This document shows, in pieces, positions 15,864 through 26,700 of a stretch of 64,000 nt of DNA (the stretch's first letter is position 1; each line of letters starts with the position of its first letter). The notes below the pieces were generated by a model. It did not search any database. It was given only the letters and a program-made list of their open reading frames with translations, and was not told the origin of the DNA. A program made the position numbers and the translations under genes. The stretch covers positions 16,205 to 80,204 of the forward strand of contig QWJF01000003.1 of the NCBI GenBank assembly GCA_009391835.1, written 5' to 3'. The DNA is from Chloroflexota bacterium (GTDB lineage: Bacteria > Chloroflexota > Anaerolineae > Anaerolineales > UBA11579).

Positions 15864-17903
15864 ATGCGATTCGCGCGGCTTAAACACGACAACCAGGTGC
15901 AGGTGCGCGAGCTGGATCGGGGCTACAACGGGAACTATCCCTATCCTGAAACGCGCCCATTGTTCTCCACGCCAGCTGGCCGCCGCAAGGACGATATCCC
16001 CTACACGTCCCGCATGCTGGAGCACCTGGTGAGCCTGCAGCACACCAAGACTCTGGCTTTGCGGTTAACGCAGATCGGGCAGGGACACTTTAATCGGGCG
16101 GGGAATACCATTTTTGTTGAAAATTTTAAGGGGCAAATTCCGATTTTTAATCTTGACGAACTACCCAAGAAGCCGTTGGCGGATCCAATCTCTTCGGGTG
16201 GCAACCTTGTTAACGTGCTGGAGGATGTGGGGCACGCTGTAAAAGTCGAGACGATCTATTACCGGGATCCGCTCTCCAAAATTGCTGGAATGAGCTGGCA
16301 CCGAGCCCCTTGGCTATTCACCAAGCACACTTCGGTGAATCCCAGCAACGGCGCTATCGGCTTGGTTTTCGGGGATGACGCCTATTTTCCCAATTATTCC
16401 AAATTGCGGGGCGGATTGTATGTCTCCGATGAATGGATTGAATATTTCCCCTCGCTGCCCAGACGGGTAACCGTTAAGGTGGCTAGCCGCTTAGTGCGAT
16501 CAACTCCGGATGAGTTAAAGTCCAATGTAGTGGGGGAAGTAAGCCGCGGGCAAGAGGTAACCATCCATGAATATGCCCCGCGGGGAAGCAACGTTTGGGG
16601 GCGGATTGACGAGGAACAATGGATCGAACTGCTTTACACACGCCCCGGAATCGTGACCGAAGGCGCATTTCTTTACACAACCAACTGGCGGATGGATACC
16701 CAACCGCCCTATGTCATCAGGGGGGAAGCTCCCAATATTGGAAAGGAGATTTCCATGTCTACACCAGAAGAACCTCCCACGGAAAGAACCAACACTGGCG
16801 CTGGAGTGCTGCAAGGCAAAGGCTTTTATCTCTGGCAGATTTCACGCGTGGAGAAAGGCAATCCAGACGCGATTGCGAACCTGGCGAAACAGGCCGGGCT
16901 AAGCCACGTGCTGATCAAAGTGGCCGATGGGCGCTATGACTACAACGTGAAGGATAGCGTTGACGCGGTGCCGCCATTAGTGACTGCGCTGCGGGCACGG
17001 GGGATCCAAGCCTGGGGTTGGCACTACATCTACGGCCATTACCCCACCATCGAGGCGGAGCGCTCTATTCGGCGCGTTAAGCAATTAAATCTGGATGGCT
17101 TCGTGGTCAATGCGGAAAAAGAGTTTAAAGTCAAGGGCATGGATACTGCGGCGCGCGAATACATGAGCAAACTGCGCAGCGGATTACCCAACACGCCGAT
17201 CGGATTCAGCAGCTACCGCTACCCCTCCTATCACCGACCTCTGCCCTTTGAGACTTTCCTTGAATACAGCGATATCAATATGCCCCAGGTGTATTGGGTG
17301 CAATCGACGAACCCTGGCGCACAATTGCTGAAATCACTGCGAGAGTATCAAAACCTGAATACGTGGCGGATCTACTTCCCAACCGGCGCAGCCTACAAGG
17401 AGCATGGTTGGACAGCCACACCCGAACAAGTGAGTGAATTCCTTCATGCAGTGCGAGAATACAATCTTCCGGGATGCAACTTCTGGGAGTGGTATTACGC
17501 CTGCATGTATGAAAAGAAGCTCTGGAATCCGGTGGCAGAGTTTCCCTGGTCGGTGGGCGAGGACTACGTACCTGAGATGAGCTATCGCTACGTGGATGCA
17601 CTGAACAGCGGAGATCCGGTCAAGGTGGCTGCGCTCTACAAGAAGCAGAGCGTGCATGTGACCAGCCAGCGAACGCTGCAAGGGCGAGATTCAATCCTGG
17701 GCTGGTACAACGAGCTACTCAAGATGAAGCTGCCCAGCGCACGCTTCCAGGTTACAGGCGCCAGCGTTAAGGACAATATGCGCACCGTCACATGGACAGC
17801 GGATTCAACGCAGGGGCGTGTGTTAGACGGCAAGGATTCGCTGGGTGTGAAAGATGACAAAATCGTCTACCACTACAGTTATTTCACCGTTCATCAGAAC
17901 TAA
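15864..17903 (+). CDS. multidomain hypothetical protein: unknown N-domain, SH3b-like domain, glycoside-hydrolase-like TIM barrel, NTF2/SnoaL-like C-domain
   Basis: The ORF is open from 15837 (TTG); the first ATG is at 15864.
- SH3-like stretch: VKVASRLVRSTPDELKSNVVGEVSRGQEVTIHEYAPRGSNVWGRIDEEQWIELLY (about 16461-16640).
- Region 16815-17500: alternating beta/alpha pattern with GFYLWQIS...SHVLIKVADG...GIQAWGWHYIYG...DGFVVNAEKEF...NMPQVYW...CNFWEW, resembling GH25/Rv2525c-like barrels.
- Region 17583-17900: NTF2-like (YVDALNSGD...IVYHYSYFTV).
- No signal peptide is visible. Confidence 0.6.
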   Translation: MRFARLKHDNQVQVRELDRGYNGNYPYPETRPLFSTPAGRRKDDIPYTSRMLEHLVSLQHTKTLALRLTQIGQGHFNRAGNTIFVENFKGQIPIFNLDELPKKPLADPISSGGNLVNVLEDVGHAVKVETIYYRDPLSKIAGMSWHRAPWLFTKHTSVNPSNGAIGLVFGDDAYFPNYSKLRGGLYVSDEWIEYFPSLPRRVTVKVASRLVRSTPDELKSNVVGEVSRGQEVTIHEYAPRGSNVWGRIDEEQWIELLYTRPGIVTEGAFLYTTNWRMDTQPPYVIRGEAPNIGKEISMSTPEEPPTERTNTGAGVLQGKGFYLWQISRVEKGNPDAIANLAKQAGLSHVLIKVADGRYDYNVKDSVDAVPPLVTALRARGIQAWGWHYIYGHYPTIEAERSIRRVKQLNLDGFVVNAEKEFKVKGMDTAAREYMSKLRSGLPNTPIGFSSYRYPSYHRPLPFETFLEYSDINMPQVYWVQSTNPGAQLLKSLREYQNLNTWRIYFPTGAAYKEHGWTATPEQVSEFLHAVREYNLPGCNFWEWYYACMYEKKLWNPVAEFPWSVGEDYVPEMSYRYVDALNSGDPVKVAALYKKQSVHVTSQRTLQGRDSILGWYNELLKMKLPSARFQVTGASVKDNMRTVTWTADSTQGRVLDGKDSLGVKDDKIVYHYSYFTVHQN

Positions 17904-17935
17904 GCACTGCTACTTAAGCGCCGGACAGTATAATT

Positions 17936-17966
17936 TTGTCTCCTGGCTGTGTTGGCCGGGAGACAA
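17936..17966 (+). other. 12-bp-stem hairpin between the 688-aa gene and the deacetylase gene
   Basis: TTGTCTCCTGGC (17936-17947), a 7-nt loop, then GCCGGGAGACAA (17955-17966) with one G-U pair. A TATAAT at 17929-17934 precedes it. It could be a terminator for the upstream gene or 5'-leader structure for the downstream one. Confidence 0.45.
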
Positions 17967-17986
17967 ATTCTGCTGATCGGTTTGCA

Positions 17987-19108
17987 TTGAGACACTCCAC
18001 CCCTACCCCGTTCGCCCAAACTGCTGCACTGGCCCTTTGCTTGCTCTGGGCTGGCGGCTGCGCTGAAACCCAGACCGTTGAAGCCACTCAGCGTTCGACA
18101 AATGGCGAAATCCTGGTGACTCATTCTGCGATTCCAGCCACGCCGATCTCGACAGCTACAGACTCACCCCAAGTCTCTATTCCCGACATATTCCAAAGCG
18201 ACCTGCTGCGCGAAGGCATTGAGGCCAGCTCCTACATCAATGACCGCTGCAGCTATCTAGCCATGCGCTGGGATCCGGACAACAGTCAGCCTGGCACCGT
18301 GATAGCGCCGATCATGTTCCATGCAATTTACCCCTACGGAGCTGATACAGAAGGCCAGCCCTCAGCGATCAACCAGGACACTTTTGACGCTATCATCCAA
18401 GTGGCGGAAAAATACGGCTTCGAAACGATCACGAGCGAAGACCTGGCTGCCTTTCTCACACGAAATGCTAAGATCCCGACGCGCGCTCTCATGCTGATCA
18501 TGGATGATCGCACTGTGGGTTCCGCAGAAGAATTTCTGCTGCCCGTGGCCAAGGCCAACAATTGGACTGCGACCCTGGCCTGGCCCATCGGGGATACCGA
18601 TATTCGCACCGGATTGTGGGGCCGCATTGAGACGCTGAACGAGACAGGATATTTCGATATCCAATCGCATGGGCTCAACCATATCTACATTAACGATTCA
18701 ATGGATGAGGAAATCGTGCGGGAGGAAATCTTTGGGTCCATTCCAATTCTGAAAGAGCACTTCGGCAAAGAGCCCATTGTCTACGTATGGCCGGGCGGGG
18801 ACTATACTGCGTTGGGTGTAGACCTCGCAGTTGAGGCAGGTTTCCAGTTGGGATTCACGGTGCAATCTCGGGGGCCAATACTTTTCAATTGGATACCCCA
18901 AGGGGAAAAGGAGCGGGCGATTGAAGCGCCACTAATGCTCTTGCCGCGTTTCTGGAGCTCGGCGGCCACACTGAATTTGACGCAAACTGTGGAGACGAGT
19001 GAGGCCGCGATTGCGTTTGCCAAAGAGAATTACGCCAGTGAAGCGGCATGGTACCTAGCAAACTGTGGGGGCACCTTGACTGCGCTAAACCTGATCTTGC
19101 CCGAATAG
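17987..19108 (+). CDS. polysaccharide deacetylase (CE4/NodB-homology) family lipoprotein
   Basis: The ORF is open from TTG 17936. I prefer TTG 17987, which gives the signal peptide (M)RHSTPTPFAQTAALALCLLWAGGC. NodB-like blocks are present: LMLIMDDRTVG (Asp-Asp motif region) and DIQSHGLNHIY (His-x-x-x-His-like). The start is uncertain because there is no in-frame ATG early in the ORF. Confidence 0.7.
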   Translation: MRHSTPTPFAQTAALALCLLWAGGCAETQTVEATQRSTNGEILVTHSAIPATPISTATDSPQVSIPDIFQSDLLREGIEASSYINDRCSYLAMRWDPDNSQPGTVIAPIMFHAIYPYGADTEGQPSAINQDTFDAIIQVAEKYGFETITSEDLAAFLTRNAKIPTRALMLIMDDRTVGSAEEFLLPVAKANNWTATLAWPIGDTDIRTGLWGRIETLNETGYFDIQSHGLNHIYINDSMDEEIVREEIFGSIPILKEHFGKEPIVYVWPGGDYTALGVDLAVEAGFQLGFTVQSRGPILFNWIPQGEKERAIEAPLMLLPRFWSSAATLNLTQTVETSEAAIAFAKENYASEAAWYLANCGGTLTALNLILPE

Positions 19109-19138
19109 GCAAAGAGTTATCGACAATTATTTTATACG

Positions 19139-19166
19139 AAAAGACGGCCCCTAAGGGCCGTCTTTT
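19139..19166. terminator. bidirectional rho-independent terminator
   Basis: AAAAGACGGCCC, loop CTAA, GGGCCGTCTTTT. The A-tract and T-tract are symmetric. It lies between the convergent stops at 19108 (+) and 19184 (-). Confidence 0.85.
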
Positions 19167-19183
19167 ATGGTTTGTTATCTCCG

Positions 19184-22100
19184 TTATTTGGCTGCGGCAG
19201 CTTCTGGTGCGGCTTCGGCCAATTCGGCAGGCGCATCCCCATTTTCGGAACCGCTCACGAGATCTTCAATTTCCTCGCGTGGCTCCGGCTCTGGGATGCG
19301 GCCCTGATTGGCCTCATGGCCCATTCCAGCTGGTACCAGCTTACCAAGGATCACATTCTCTTTCAAACCTGTGAGCGGGTCAGTAGTGCCGGCGATTGCG
19401 GCTCCAGCAAGCACTTTGATCGTGTGCTGGAAGGATGCGGCGGAAAGGAAGGATTCAGTGTTGAGGGAGGCTTTCGTAATGCCAAGCATCACTTCGATAA
19501 ACTTAGCAGGAGCCTTGCCTTCAGCCAAAAGCTTTTCGTTCTGCTTTGACATATCCAAGCGGTTAACGTAATCGCCTGGTAGGTATTTGGTATCTCCGGG
19601 GCGGGTGATCTGCACTTTAGACATCATCTTACGAATGATGACCTCAAAATGCTTATCGTGAATGTTCTGGCCCTGAGACCGATAGACTTCCTGAACTTCC
19701 GTGAGGAGGTACATATAGGCAGCCTGGCGACCCTGAATGCGAAGAATCGAATGCGGGTTAAGCGAGCCTTCCGTCATGGGTTGACCGGCCTCGACCTTGT
19801 CGCCGCTTTTCACATGCAGGCGGGTGGAGGTGGGCACATCGTATTCAATCTCTTCCTTTTGTTCGTACGAAACGAAAACGGTGCGATCCTCAATACGGAC
19901 CCTGCCCGGATTCTCAACATTGACTTCATTGCCCTTCAGGGCAGCAATCACATCGCCTTTTTCCAGCTTATCTCCATCTTTGACTTGCAGGCGATAACCT
20001 TTGGGCAACTCATATTCATCACTGACCATCTCGCTATGCTGAATGCGCAAAACGCGCAGATCGCTATAACGTTCAGATTGCGTTATTTCAATAGTGCCGC
20101 TCAGTTCAGCAACAATCGCTTCGCCCTTGGGCGCCTTACGGGCTTCAAACAACTCCTCCACACGGGGCAGACCTGTCGTGATATCGGATTCAGCAGCCAC
20201 ACCGCCGGTATGGAAGGTGCGCAGCGTTAGCTGAGTGCCGGGTTCACCGATAGACTGGGCAGCAACAATGCCAATCGCCGAGCCCATGCGAACGCTTTCG
20301 CCATGGCCCAAATCCATTCCATAGCATTTGATGCAGACACCCTGTGGGCTTTCGCAGGTCAGCGGGGAAAAAACATATACTTCCTCAACATTGGCCTTGA
20401 TTAGGGCACGCTGCTCATCATGGTCAATCAGCGTGCCTCTTTCGACGAGAATCTCACCCGTTTTGGGATCAGGCACGTTCCTGGCTGCTACCCGTCCAAA
20501 GATGCGGCTACCCAGCGCTTGATCGGCCACATCGTCGGTGCTGCGGAGCCAGATGCCTTCGTCGGTTTCACAGTCTTCAACGTTGGTGATTACATCCTGG
20601 GCCACATCCACCAAACGGCGGGTGAGGTAACCAGCATCGGCGGTGCGTAGTGCGGTATCCGCCAAACCTTTTCGAGAACCATGGGTGGAGATAAAGTATT
20701 CAAGCGTGGTAAGCCCCTCGCGGAAGTTAGACCGAATGGGCAACGGAATAATGCGCCCGGCCGGATCCGCCATCATGCCACGCATGCCTGCCAGCTGAGA
20801 AATTGAACTAAAGCCGCCTTTGGTAGCGCCGGAATTGGCCATTGTGGCCAGGTTTCCGAGGGGATCCATATATTCACGGACGGCTACAGCGACCTTGTTG
20901 GTGGTCTCTTGCCAAATCTCGATGACACGTTCATTCTGTTCCTGCTCGGTGAGCAAGCCGCGGCGGAAATCTTCTTCCACAGCCTGCTCTTCTTCCATGG
21001 CCGCGCCAACGATAGCACCCTTTTCAGTTGGGATCGTGATATCCGAAATAGCGATCGTGGTTCCGGACAGAGTGGCGAATTTGAAGCCAATATCCTTGAC
21101 GCGATCAGCCACATCGGTTGTCTTTTCTTCGTCGCCGGTAACTTCGAGCAGCTCTGCGATCAAGTCTTTGACTTCGCCCTTATCCATCACGCGATTTACA
21201 AACTGAATCTCAGGCGCCAGGATAAGATTCAAAAGCACCCGGCCAACCGTCGTTTCGACAAAGCGCAATTCGGATTCGGGCAGGCGATTGTAGTTCTCGT
21301 CATACCAAGTCGTGACGTTCAGGTTGACAGTAGTATGAACATTTACCTGGCCGAGATGATAGGCCATTTCAACTTCATCCATGCTGGAGAAGGAACGGCC
21401 GTTGAAATCCTTATCTGCGCCGTGGCCTTCCATTGTCAGATAGTAGACGCCCAGAACCATGTCTTTCGAAGGCCCAATGATCGGTTCACCATCTGCGGGC
21501 TTGAGCAGATTTCGGGTGGAGAGCATTAAATTACGCGCTTCCCAAACCGATTGGCGGGAAAGCGGAACATGAACAGCCATCTGGTCACCGTCAAAGTCGG
21601 CGTTGAACGCAGTCGTTACCAAAGGATGGAGCTGGATGGCACTGCCCTCAATGAGCACAGGCTCAAAAGCCTGGATGCCCAAGCGATGCAGAGTCGGGGC
21701 GCGGTTAAGGAGCACAGGACGCTCCTTGATTGCCTCTTCCAGCACTTCCCACACTTCAGGACGGTTACGGTCGATAAGGCGTTTAGCGCCCTTCACGTTG
21801 GCCGCATAGTTATTTTTGACCAAGCGAGAGATCACAAAGGGGCGGAACAATTCCAGCGCCATGCTCTTGGGAAGGCCACACTGGTAGAGCTTGAGTTTAG
21901 GGCCCACCACAATCACGGAGCGGCCAGAGTAATCAACACGTTTACCGAGCAGGTTACGCCGGAAGCGGCCCTTCTTGCCTTTGAGCAGATCACTCAAGGA
22001 TTTGAGCTCGCGGCGGCCGCGGCGGGAAAGCGCCTTGCCGCGTTGTGAGTTATCGATCAGCGAATCTACGGCCTCCTGGAGCATACGTTTTTCGTTGCGA

Positions 22101-23476
22101 ACGATGACATCCGGGGCGCCGAGTTCGAGCAGACGCTTGAGGCGGTTATTGCGATTAATTACGCGGCGGTAGAGATCATTAAGATCTGATGTGGCAAAGC
22201 GGCCGCCATCTAACTGCACCATAGGGCGCAATTCAGGGGGGATCACCGGAAGCACCGTAAGGATCATCCATTCGGGCCGGTTATTTGAGCGTCGGAAGGC
22301 CTCTACAACGCGCAGGCGATTGGTGGCCTTGCGGCGGCGCTGCTTGCTGCGGGAAGTGCGCAATTCATGCCAGAGTTCTTCAGATAAATTATCCAGATCA
22401 ATGCGTTCAAGAATATCGTAAAAGGCTTCTGCACCCATATCAGCGCGGAAGACCTGCCCAAGACGCGAGCGAAGTTCTCGATAGCGATTCTCGCCCATAA
22501 AAGACATGGGCTTGAGGCCTTCAAGTTCTTCGCGCAAGCGCTGCTTGTCTTCTACGGAGTCGTCGGATTTATCATCCAAATCCTCGCGCAGCTTGTTCAT
22601 GGCCAGATCGCTCTCGGCATTCACGCCAGCTTTTTCAACGGTGATGCGCTCAAGTTCGCCCTGTTTCTTTTTGGCGGTTTGCTTTTCGTGCTCCACCAAG
22701 AATTGCTTGACAACTTCCTGGACTTGGGAAATGTGATCGTTGGCTACTTCCTCGCCAGCTTTGACGACGACTGTGTCTGTCGCGGTGAAAACAACATCCT
22801 TACGAGGGGCTTTCCCTAAATCGTCCTGGAGCTTGCTTTCTAGGCGTTGGCCTTCTTTGATGATGGGATCAATTTCGGCTGCGAGTTCTTCATCGTAGCG
22901 AGTTTCAATTTCGACGACTTTGGCCTCAAGTTCGGCAAGTTTTTCATCGCGTCGCTGTTTAATCTCAAGAATTTGGGTATTAATGCCATCCGCGTGAGCC
23001 TTTTCGGCTTCAGCAATTTCCTCATCCAAGCGGACAAGAGCTTTCTCGCGAGCATCTTCATCCACATAGGTCACTACATATTGCGCGAAATAGAGGACGC
23101 GATCCAAATTGCGGCGGGAAATATCCAGCAGCAGGCCGAGATAAGAGGGCACGCGCCGTGTGTACCAGACGTGAGCAACGGGGGCGGCCAGGGAAATATG
23201 GCCCATGCGCTCGCGGCGCACCGAAGAGCGGGTTATCTCTACACCGCATTTATCGCAAACAATGCCCTTATAACGAATGTTTTTGTATTTGCCGCAGTAG
23301 CACTGCCAATCGCGCTCGGGACCGAAAATAGCCTCATCAAACAGACCATACTTTTCGGGGCGCAGGCGGCGATAGTTAATCGTTTCCGGCTTGAGCACTT
23401 CTCCATAAGACCAGCTGCGGATGGTTTCTGGTGATGCCAAGCTAATGCGAAGCGAGCGAAGTCCCTTCGTTTCCAT
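19184..23476 (-). CDS. rpoC: DNA-directed RNA polymerase subunit beta-prime
   Basis: 1430 aa. It has the zinc-binding [20 protein letters not shown], the catalytic [12 protein letters not shown], bridge-helix and trigger-loop blocks, and an AGGAGG SD 8 nt upstream of the ATG. Confidence 0.98.
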   Translation of the reverse strand: METKGLRSLRISLASPETIRSWSYGEVLKPETINYRRLRPEKYGLFDEAIFGPERDWQCYCGKYKNIRYKGIVCDKCGVEITRSSVRRERMGHISLAAPVAHVWYTRRVPSYLGLLLDISRRNLDRVLYFAQYVVTYVDEDAREKALVRLDEEIAEAEKAHADGINTQILEIKQRRDEKLAELEAKVVEIETRYDEELAAEIDPIIKEGQRLESKLQDDLGKAPRKDVVFTATDTVVVKAGEEVANDHISQVQEVVKQFLVEHEKQTAKKKQGELERITVEKAGVNAESDLAMNKLREDLDDKSDDSVEDKQRLREELEGLKPMSFMGENRYRELRSRLGQVFRADMGAEAFYDILERIDLDNLSEELWHELRTSRSKQRRRKATNRLRVVEAFRRSNNRPEWMILTVLPVIPPELRPMVQLDGGRFATSDLNDLYRRVINRNNRLKRLLELGAPDVIVRNEKRMLQEAVDSLIDNSQRGKALSRRGRRELKSLSDLLKGKKGRFRRNLLGKRVDYSGRSVIVVGPKLKLYQCGLPKSMALELFRPFVISRLVKNNYAANVKGAKRLIDRNRPEVWEVLEEAIKERPVLLNRAPTLHRLGIQAFEPVLIEGSAIQLHPLVTTAFNADFDGDQMAVHVPLSRQSVWEARNLMLSTRNLLKPADGEPIIGPSKDMVLGVYYLTMEGHGADKDFNGRSFSSMDEVEMAYHLGQVNVHTTVNLNVTTWYDENYNRLPESELRFVETTVGRVLLNLILAPEIQFVNRVMDKGEVKDLIAELLEVTGDEEKTTDVADRVKDIGFKFATLSGTTIAISDITIPTEKGAIVGAAMEEEQAVEEDFRRGLLTEQEQNERVIEIWQETTNKVAVAVREYMDPLGNLATMANSGATKGGFSSISQLAGMRGMMADPAGRIIPLPIRSNFREGLTTLEYFISTHGSRKGLADTALRTADAGYLTRRLVDVAQDVITNVEDCETDEGIWLRSTDDVADQALGSRIFGRVAARNVPDPKTGEILVERGTLIDHDEQRALIKANVEEVYVFSPLTCESPQGVCIKCYGMDLGHGESVRMGSAIGIVAAQSIGEPGTQLTLRTFHTGGVAAESDITTGLPRVEELFEARKAPKGEAIVAELSGTIEITQSERYSDLRVLRIQHSEMVSDEYELPKGYRLQVKDGDKLEKGDVIAALKGNEVNVENPGRVRIEDRTVFVSYEQKEEIEYDVPTSTRLHVKSGDKVEAGQPMTEGSLNPHSILRIQGRQAAYMYLLTEVQEVYRSQGQNIHDKHFEVIIRKMMSKVQITRPGDTKYLPGDYVNRLDMSKQNEKLLAEGKAPAKFIEVMLGITKASLNTESFLSAASFQHTIKVLAGAAIAGTTDPLTGLKENVILGKLVPAGMGHEANQGRIPEPEPREEIEDLVSGSENGDAPAELAEAAPEAAAAK

Positions 23477-23674
23477 TTATTGGGCCTCCTGAGGGCGATA
23501 AATAAATCGATGCGATTCAAGCAATCTGAGATTGTTTTTCTACCCCGCTGAAGCATTCGTTGTTCGGGTTTTCGAACAAACGTGCTAACAACCAGACAAA
23601 CGAAAACAAGCGCCTGAATGTGGTTTCTTTCAAGCGCTCGCTTGCGCCAGACTACTTATTCGATTCACTGCAGA

Positions 23675-23702
23675 ATTATATCAAAGCGGGAAGGGTTGTC
23701 AA
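23675..23702 (-). promoter_or_regulatory. near-consensus sigma-70-type promoter for rpoC (extended -10)
   Basis: On the minus strand: TTGACA (23697-23702), a 16-nt spacer ending in TGA, then TATAAT (23675-23680). This gives perfect -35 and TGnTATAAT elements. It lies 28 nt downstream of the histidine kinase stop and about 190 nt upstream of the rpoC ATG. Confidence 0.65.
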
Positions 23703-23729
23703 GCAGGGATACAGGCAACTCATGCAAGG

Positions 23730-26700
23730 TTAAGCTGGTTGCTCAAGAGGGATTTTGCCAAAAAATGTGCTGCCCAGCCCCAATTCACTTTCCGCCCACA
23801 CACGGCCACCATGACGCTCAAAAATGGATTTGACAATCGCGAGACTCATTCCGCTATGCGTGTCTTCTTCCCCATTCCCGCGCCCAAGGCGCTCAAAGAC
23901 CTTGGCCAAATCCATCGGGGCTATTCCGGGGCCCTTATCTTTTACGGCGAAGGTCACGGAATCGCGGGAGATTGAGAGCCACATTTCAATCCTGGCAGCG
24001 CGGCCACTTTGGCGAATAGCGTTATCCAAGAGATTGTAGAGCGCGCGCTGAAGAAGAGTGCGGTCCGCCTCGATAGTGGGCATCGAATCACCTGGGAGCT
24101 GAAGATCAAGATCGAGTTGTTTCTGGGCGATGCGGGGCTTTATCTCGGCGATTACCTCATCAATCGTCTCGGGGAGGGAAAACCGCTCGAGCTGCAAGCC
24201 TTGAGCGCTTTCAATGCGTTCAAAATCCAAGAGGCTGGAAACCAAATGTGACATACCGTCCACGCTATGACGAATCTTGTCCATATATGCAACCTGCTTT
24301 TCGTTGAGCTCGCCCACCATATCCAGCATCGTGACATAGCCACCGATTAACTCAAGGGGATCGTGCAGCTCATGGCTAACAGTTGAAAGAAACTCAGCCC
24401 GCATGGCTTCGGCCTGCTTGAATTGGGTGACTTCGCGCAAAATACAGGCCCTCGCCGCAACTTCACCATCGGTTTCGATGGGCGATAGACTGACGTAAAA
24501 GATGCGGCCGTCATCGAGTTGCAATTCAGTGGAAGCTGCCTCTTCCATCGGGGAGTCGAAAAGAGTGAGCCAACCTTCTTTTTCGATGACTTCTTCGATT
24601 CGTTTGCCAAGAACTGCCTCAGACTGGCGCCCAAGAATGGACAACACGCCGGGATTCGCAAGCAAAATGCGGCCCAGGCGATCTACCAGGAGGATGGGAT
24701 CAGGTGTTGCTGCCAGCAAGGCTTCCATGCGCTTGCGGCCCACATCGGCGCTCAAGTAACGGCGCGCGTTTGCAGCCGCCTGGGCAGCCTGTTCCGCCAA
24801 GGTGGACAAGTAACGGACGGCCTCACGGCCAAACTGCTGAGGAGCATCGTAGGTGAGCCAAAGAGCACCGAGCGATTCGTCGTCATTTTTTAGGGCAAAG
24901 GCAGCCAGTGCTGCGGGGGCTGGTTTGACCGAATCAAAATCCAGGCGGGCGCGGGCCGGGTTGGTTAACAGCACACGTTGCTGCGTCTGGGTAAGGCCAA
25001 ACACCTGAGCATCCAAGGCAGCAAAGGCCTCGTGATTGGTGCCTTGCCCATAACCGACGAACTCGTGGCCTCCAAATTCTGATGATCTTTCTTCAAGGAA
25101 AACCAGGCGGGCCATACTGGCGCCATTAGCCAATGCAGCATTAAGAATGGGGTTAACCTGGGAAGCAACGTCTGGGCTGGAAGCCACTCCTTGAGTTACA
25201 GAGAGCAAGCGCTGGATTTCGCCCAGACGAGCTCGCAAGGTGCTGCGCATCTGTTCAAGCGCGGAGCCGAGGCGACCGATTTCATCCACCCCTTTGAAAG
25301 AAAGTGGGGCATCCAGGTCTCCGGCAGCAATACGTTGGCTTTCAACAACAAGATCCTGAAGGGATCCTGTAACGGTGCGTAAACCTGCGAGCAATAGCCA
25401 ATAGGCCAATAAAGCGAGCCCAAGCAAAAGAGCTAAAGCAGGCAAGGCAATGCTAAGCGCGTTTTCCTGTACTAAACCCAGCGGCAGTTGGGCCACGACG
25501 GCCCAATTGCTTCCCGTGGCGGGATGGTAGTAAACCAGGCGCCGAGCTCCTTCTGGCCCGATATCTTCATACTGGATCGATTCGCTCGAAACTTGGCCTG
25601 TATAGACAGTGAACAGCGAGCTACCCCCCGGCTGGTAGACGATGTTGCCCTGCCCGTCAAGAAGAAGCCCGCGGCCACCGATTTCAGTAAGGCCGGCAAG
25701 ACTTTGCAACACAGGCTGGGCAAAGGGATTACTCGCTAAGCGAGTGCGTCCCATCAAAACGCGCTGGACGCCCGCACCCGTATCGACTGCAGCAACGAAG
25801 ACAAGTTGAGCACTCTCGCTTTCGGTGTCTGCGGGAGCCACGCTAAAGAATTGAATGGGCACACCGCCAGCAGCACGGCCTACGGCCTCCAACTCACGGG
25901 GGCTGAGGCTCAAAGCGGGAAGTGCGGCGGCAGGGGCAACCGCAATGGGATTGCCGCTACTATCAAGAAAGACTACTTGCTCGAAATAAGGCACGGCATC
26001 CAGACGATCAGTCAAAAAGGACTGGACTGTATTTGTATCCGCTTGCCTTAGGACGGGATCGGAAGCCATTTGAAGCATCAAATTCTGCCCGGTTTCAAGC
26101 ATAAAGGGAACGCCCGCGGCCGCAACCTGACTACTACTTTGCATGCGATCCGTATGCATCCGGGTGGCAGCACGACCCGCCATGACCCAAACCACCAAGC
26201 CAAGGGCGATAAACAATACCGCGAGAATAGGGCCAAGAATGGCAACCAAGCGGCCGTGTAGGCTGCGCTCGCCAGGCGAAGGTTGGTTATTCGTTTCAAC
26301 CGCAGCAAGCAGAGGAGAACGAAAGCGCAGAACCTCAACAAGAACGGAAGCGATCACAAGTTGGCTGGCGAAGGCCAGGGCCACCAAGGCGACCCTCGAG
26401 AGTGCAAAATCCAAACTGGTGACAAAATTTTCAGCGACCCAGAAAAAGCTGGTGGCCACGTACAGCAATGGATAAAAAAGCGCCACGCTCAGTCCAGCCA
26501 GCCAGGTGCGGCGCAAAGCGCCAAAGAAGGGAGTGCGGTAACGTTGGCGGAGCAACTCCCCAAACAGGGCCGCCACCAAGGCAAACTCGAGCGGAGTGAA
26601 GGGGCTGCGTGTATCCCACAGGGCGAGAAAAAAGCCAGATAGTCCGGCCAGGATTGCCCCCGGGAGCGATCCAAAAAGCGCGCTCGCTATTATCCAGGGC

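Noticed and set aside
15864-19108. A prophage remnant, suggested by the endolysin-like domain combination.
   Set aside because: No capsid, tail, terminase, integrase, holin or att-like repeats are present nearby. The flanking genes are ordinary chromosomal genes. The endolysin analogy is kept only as a comparison in the finding.
23477-23674. The rpoC leader as a known riboswitch or ribosomal-protein-type autoregulatory leader.
   Set aside because: I could not recognise any known riboswitch consensus by eye. Only one short hairpin and the SD are evident, so it is reported as a leader of unknown function.
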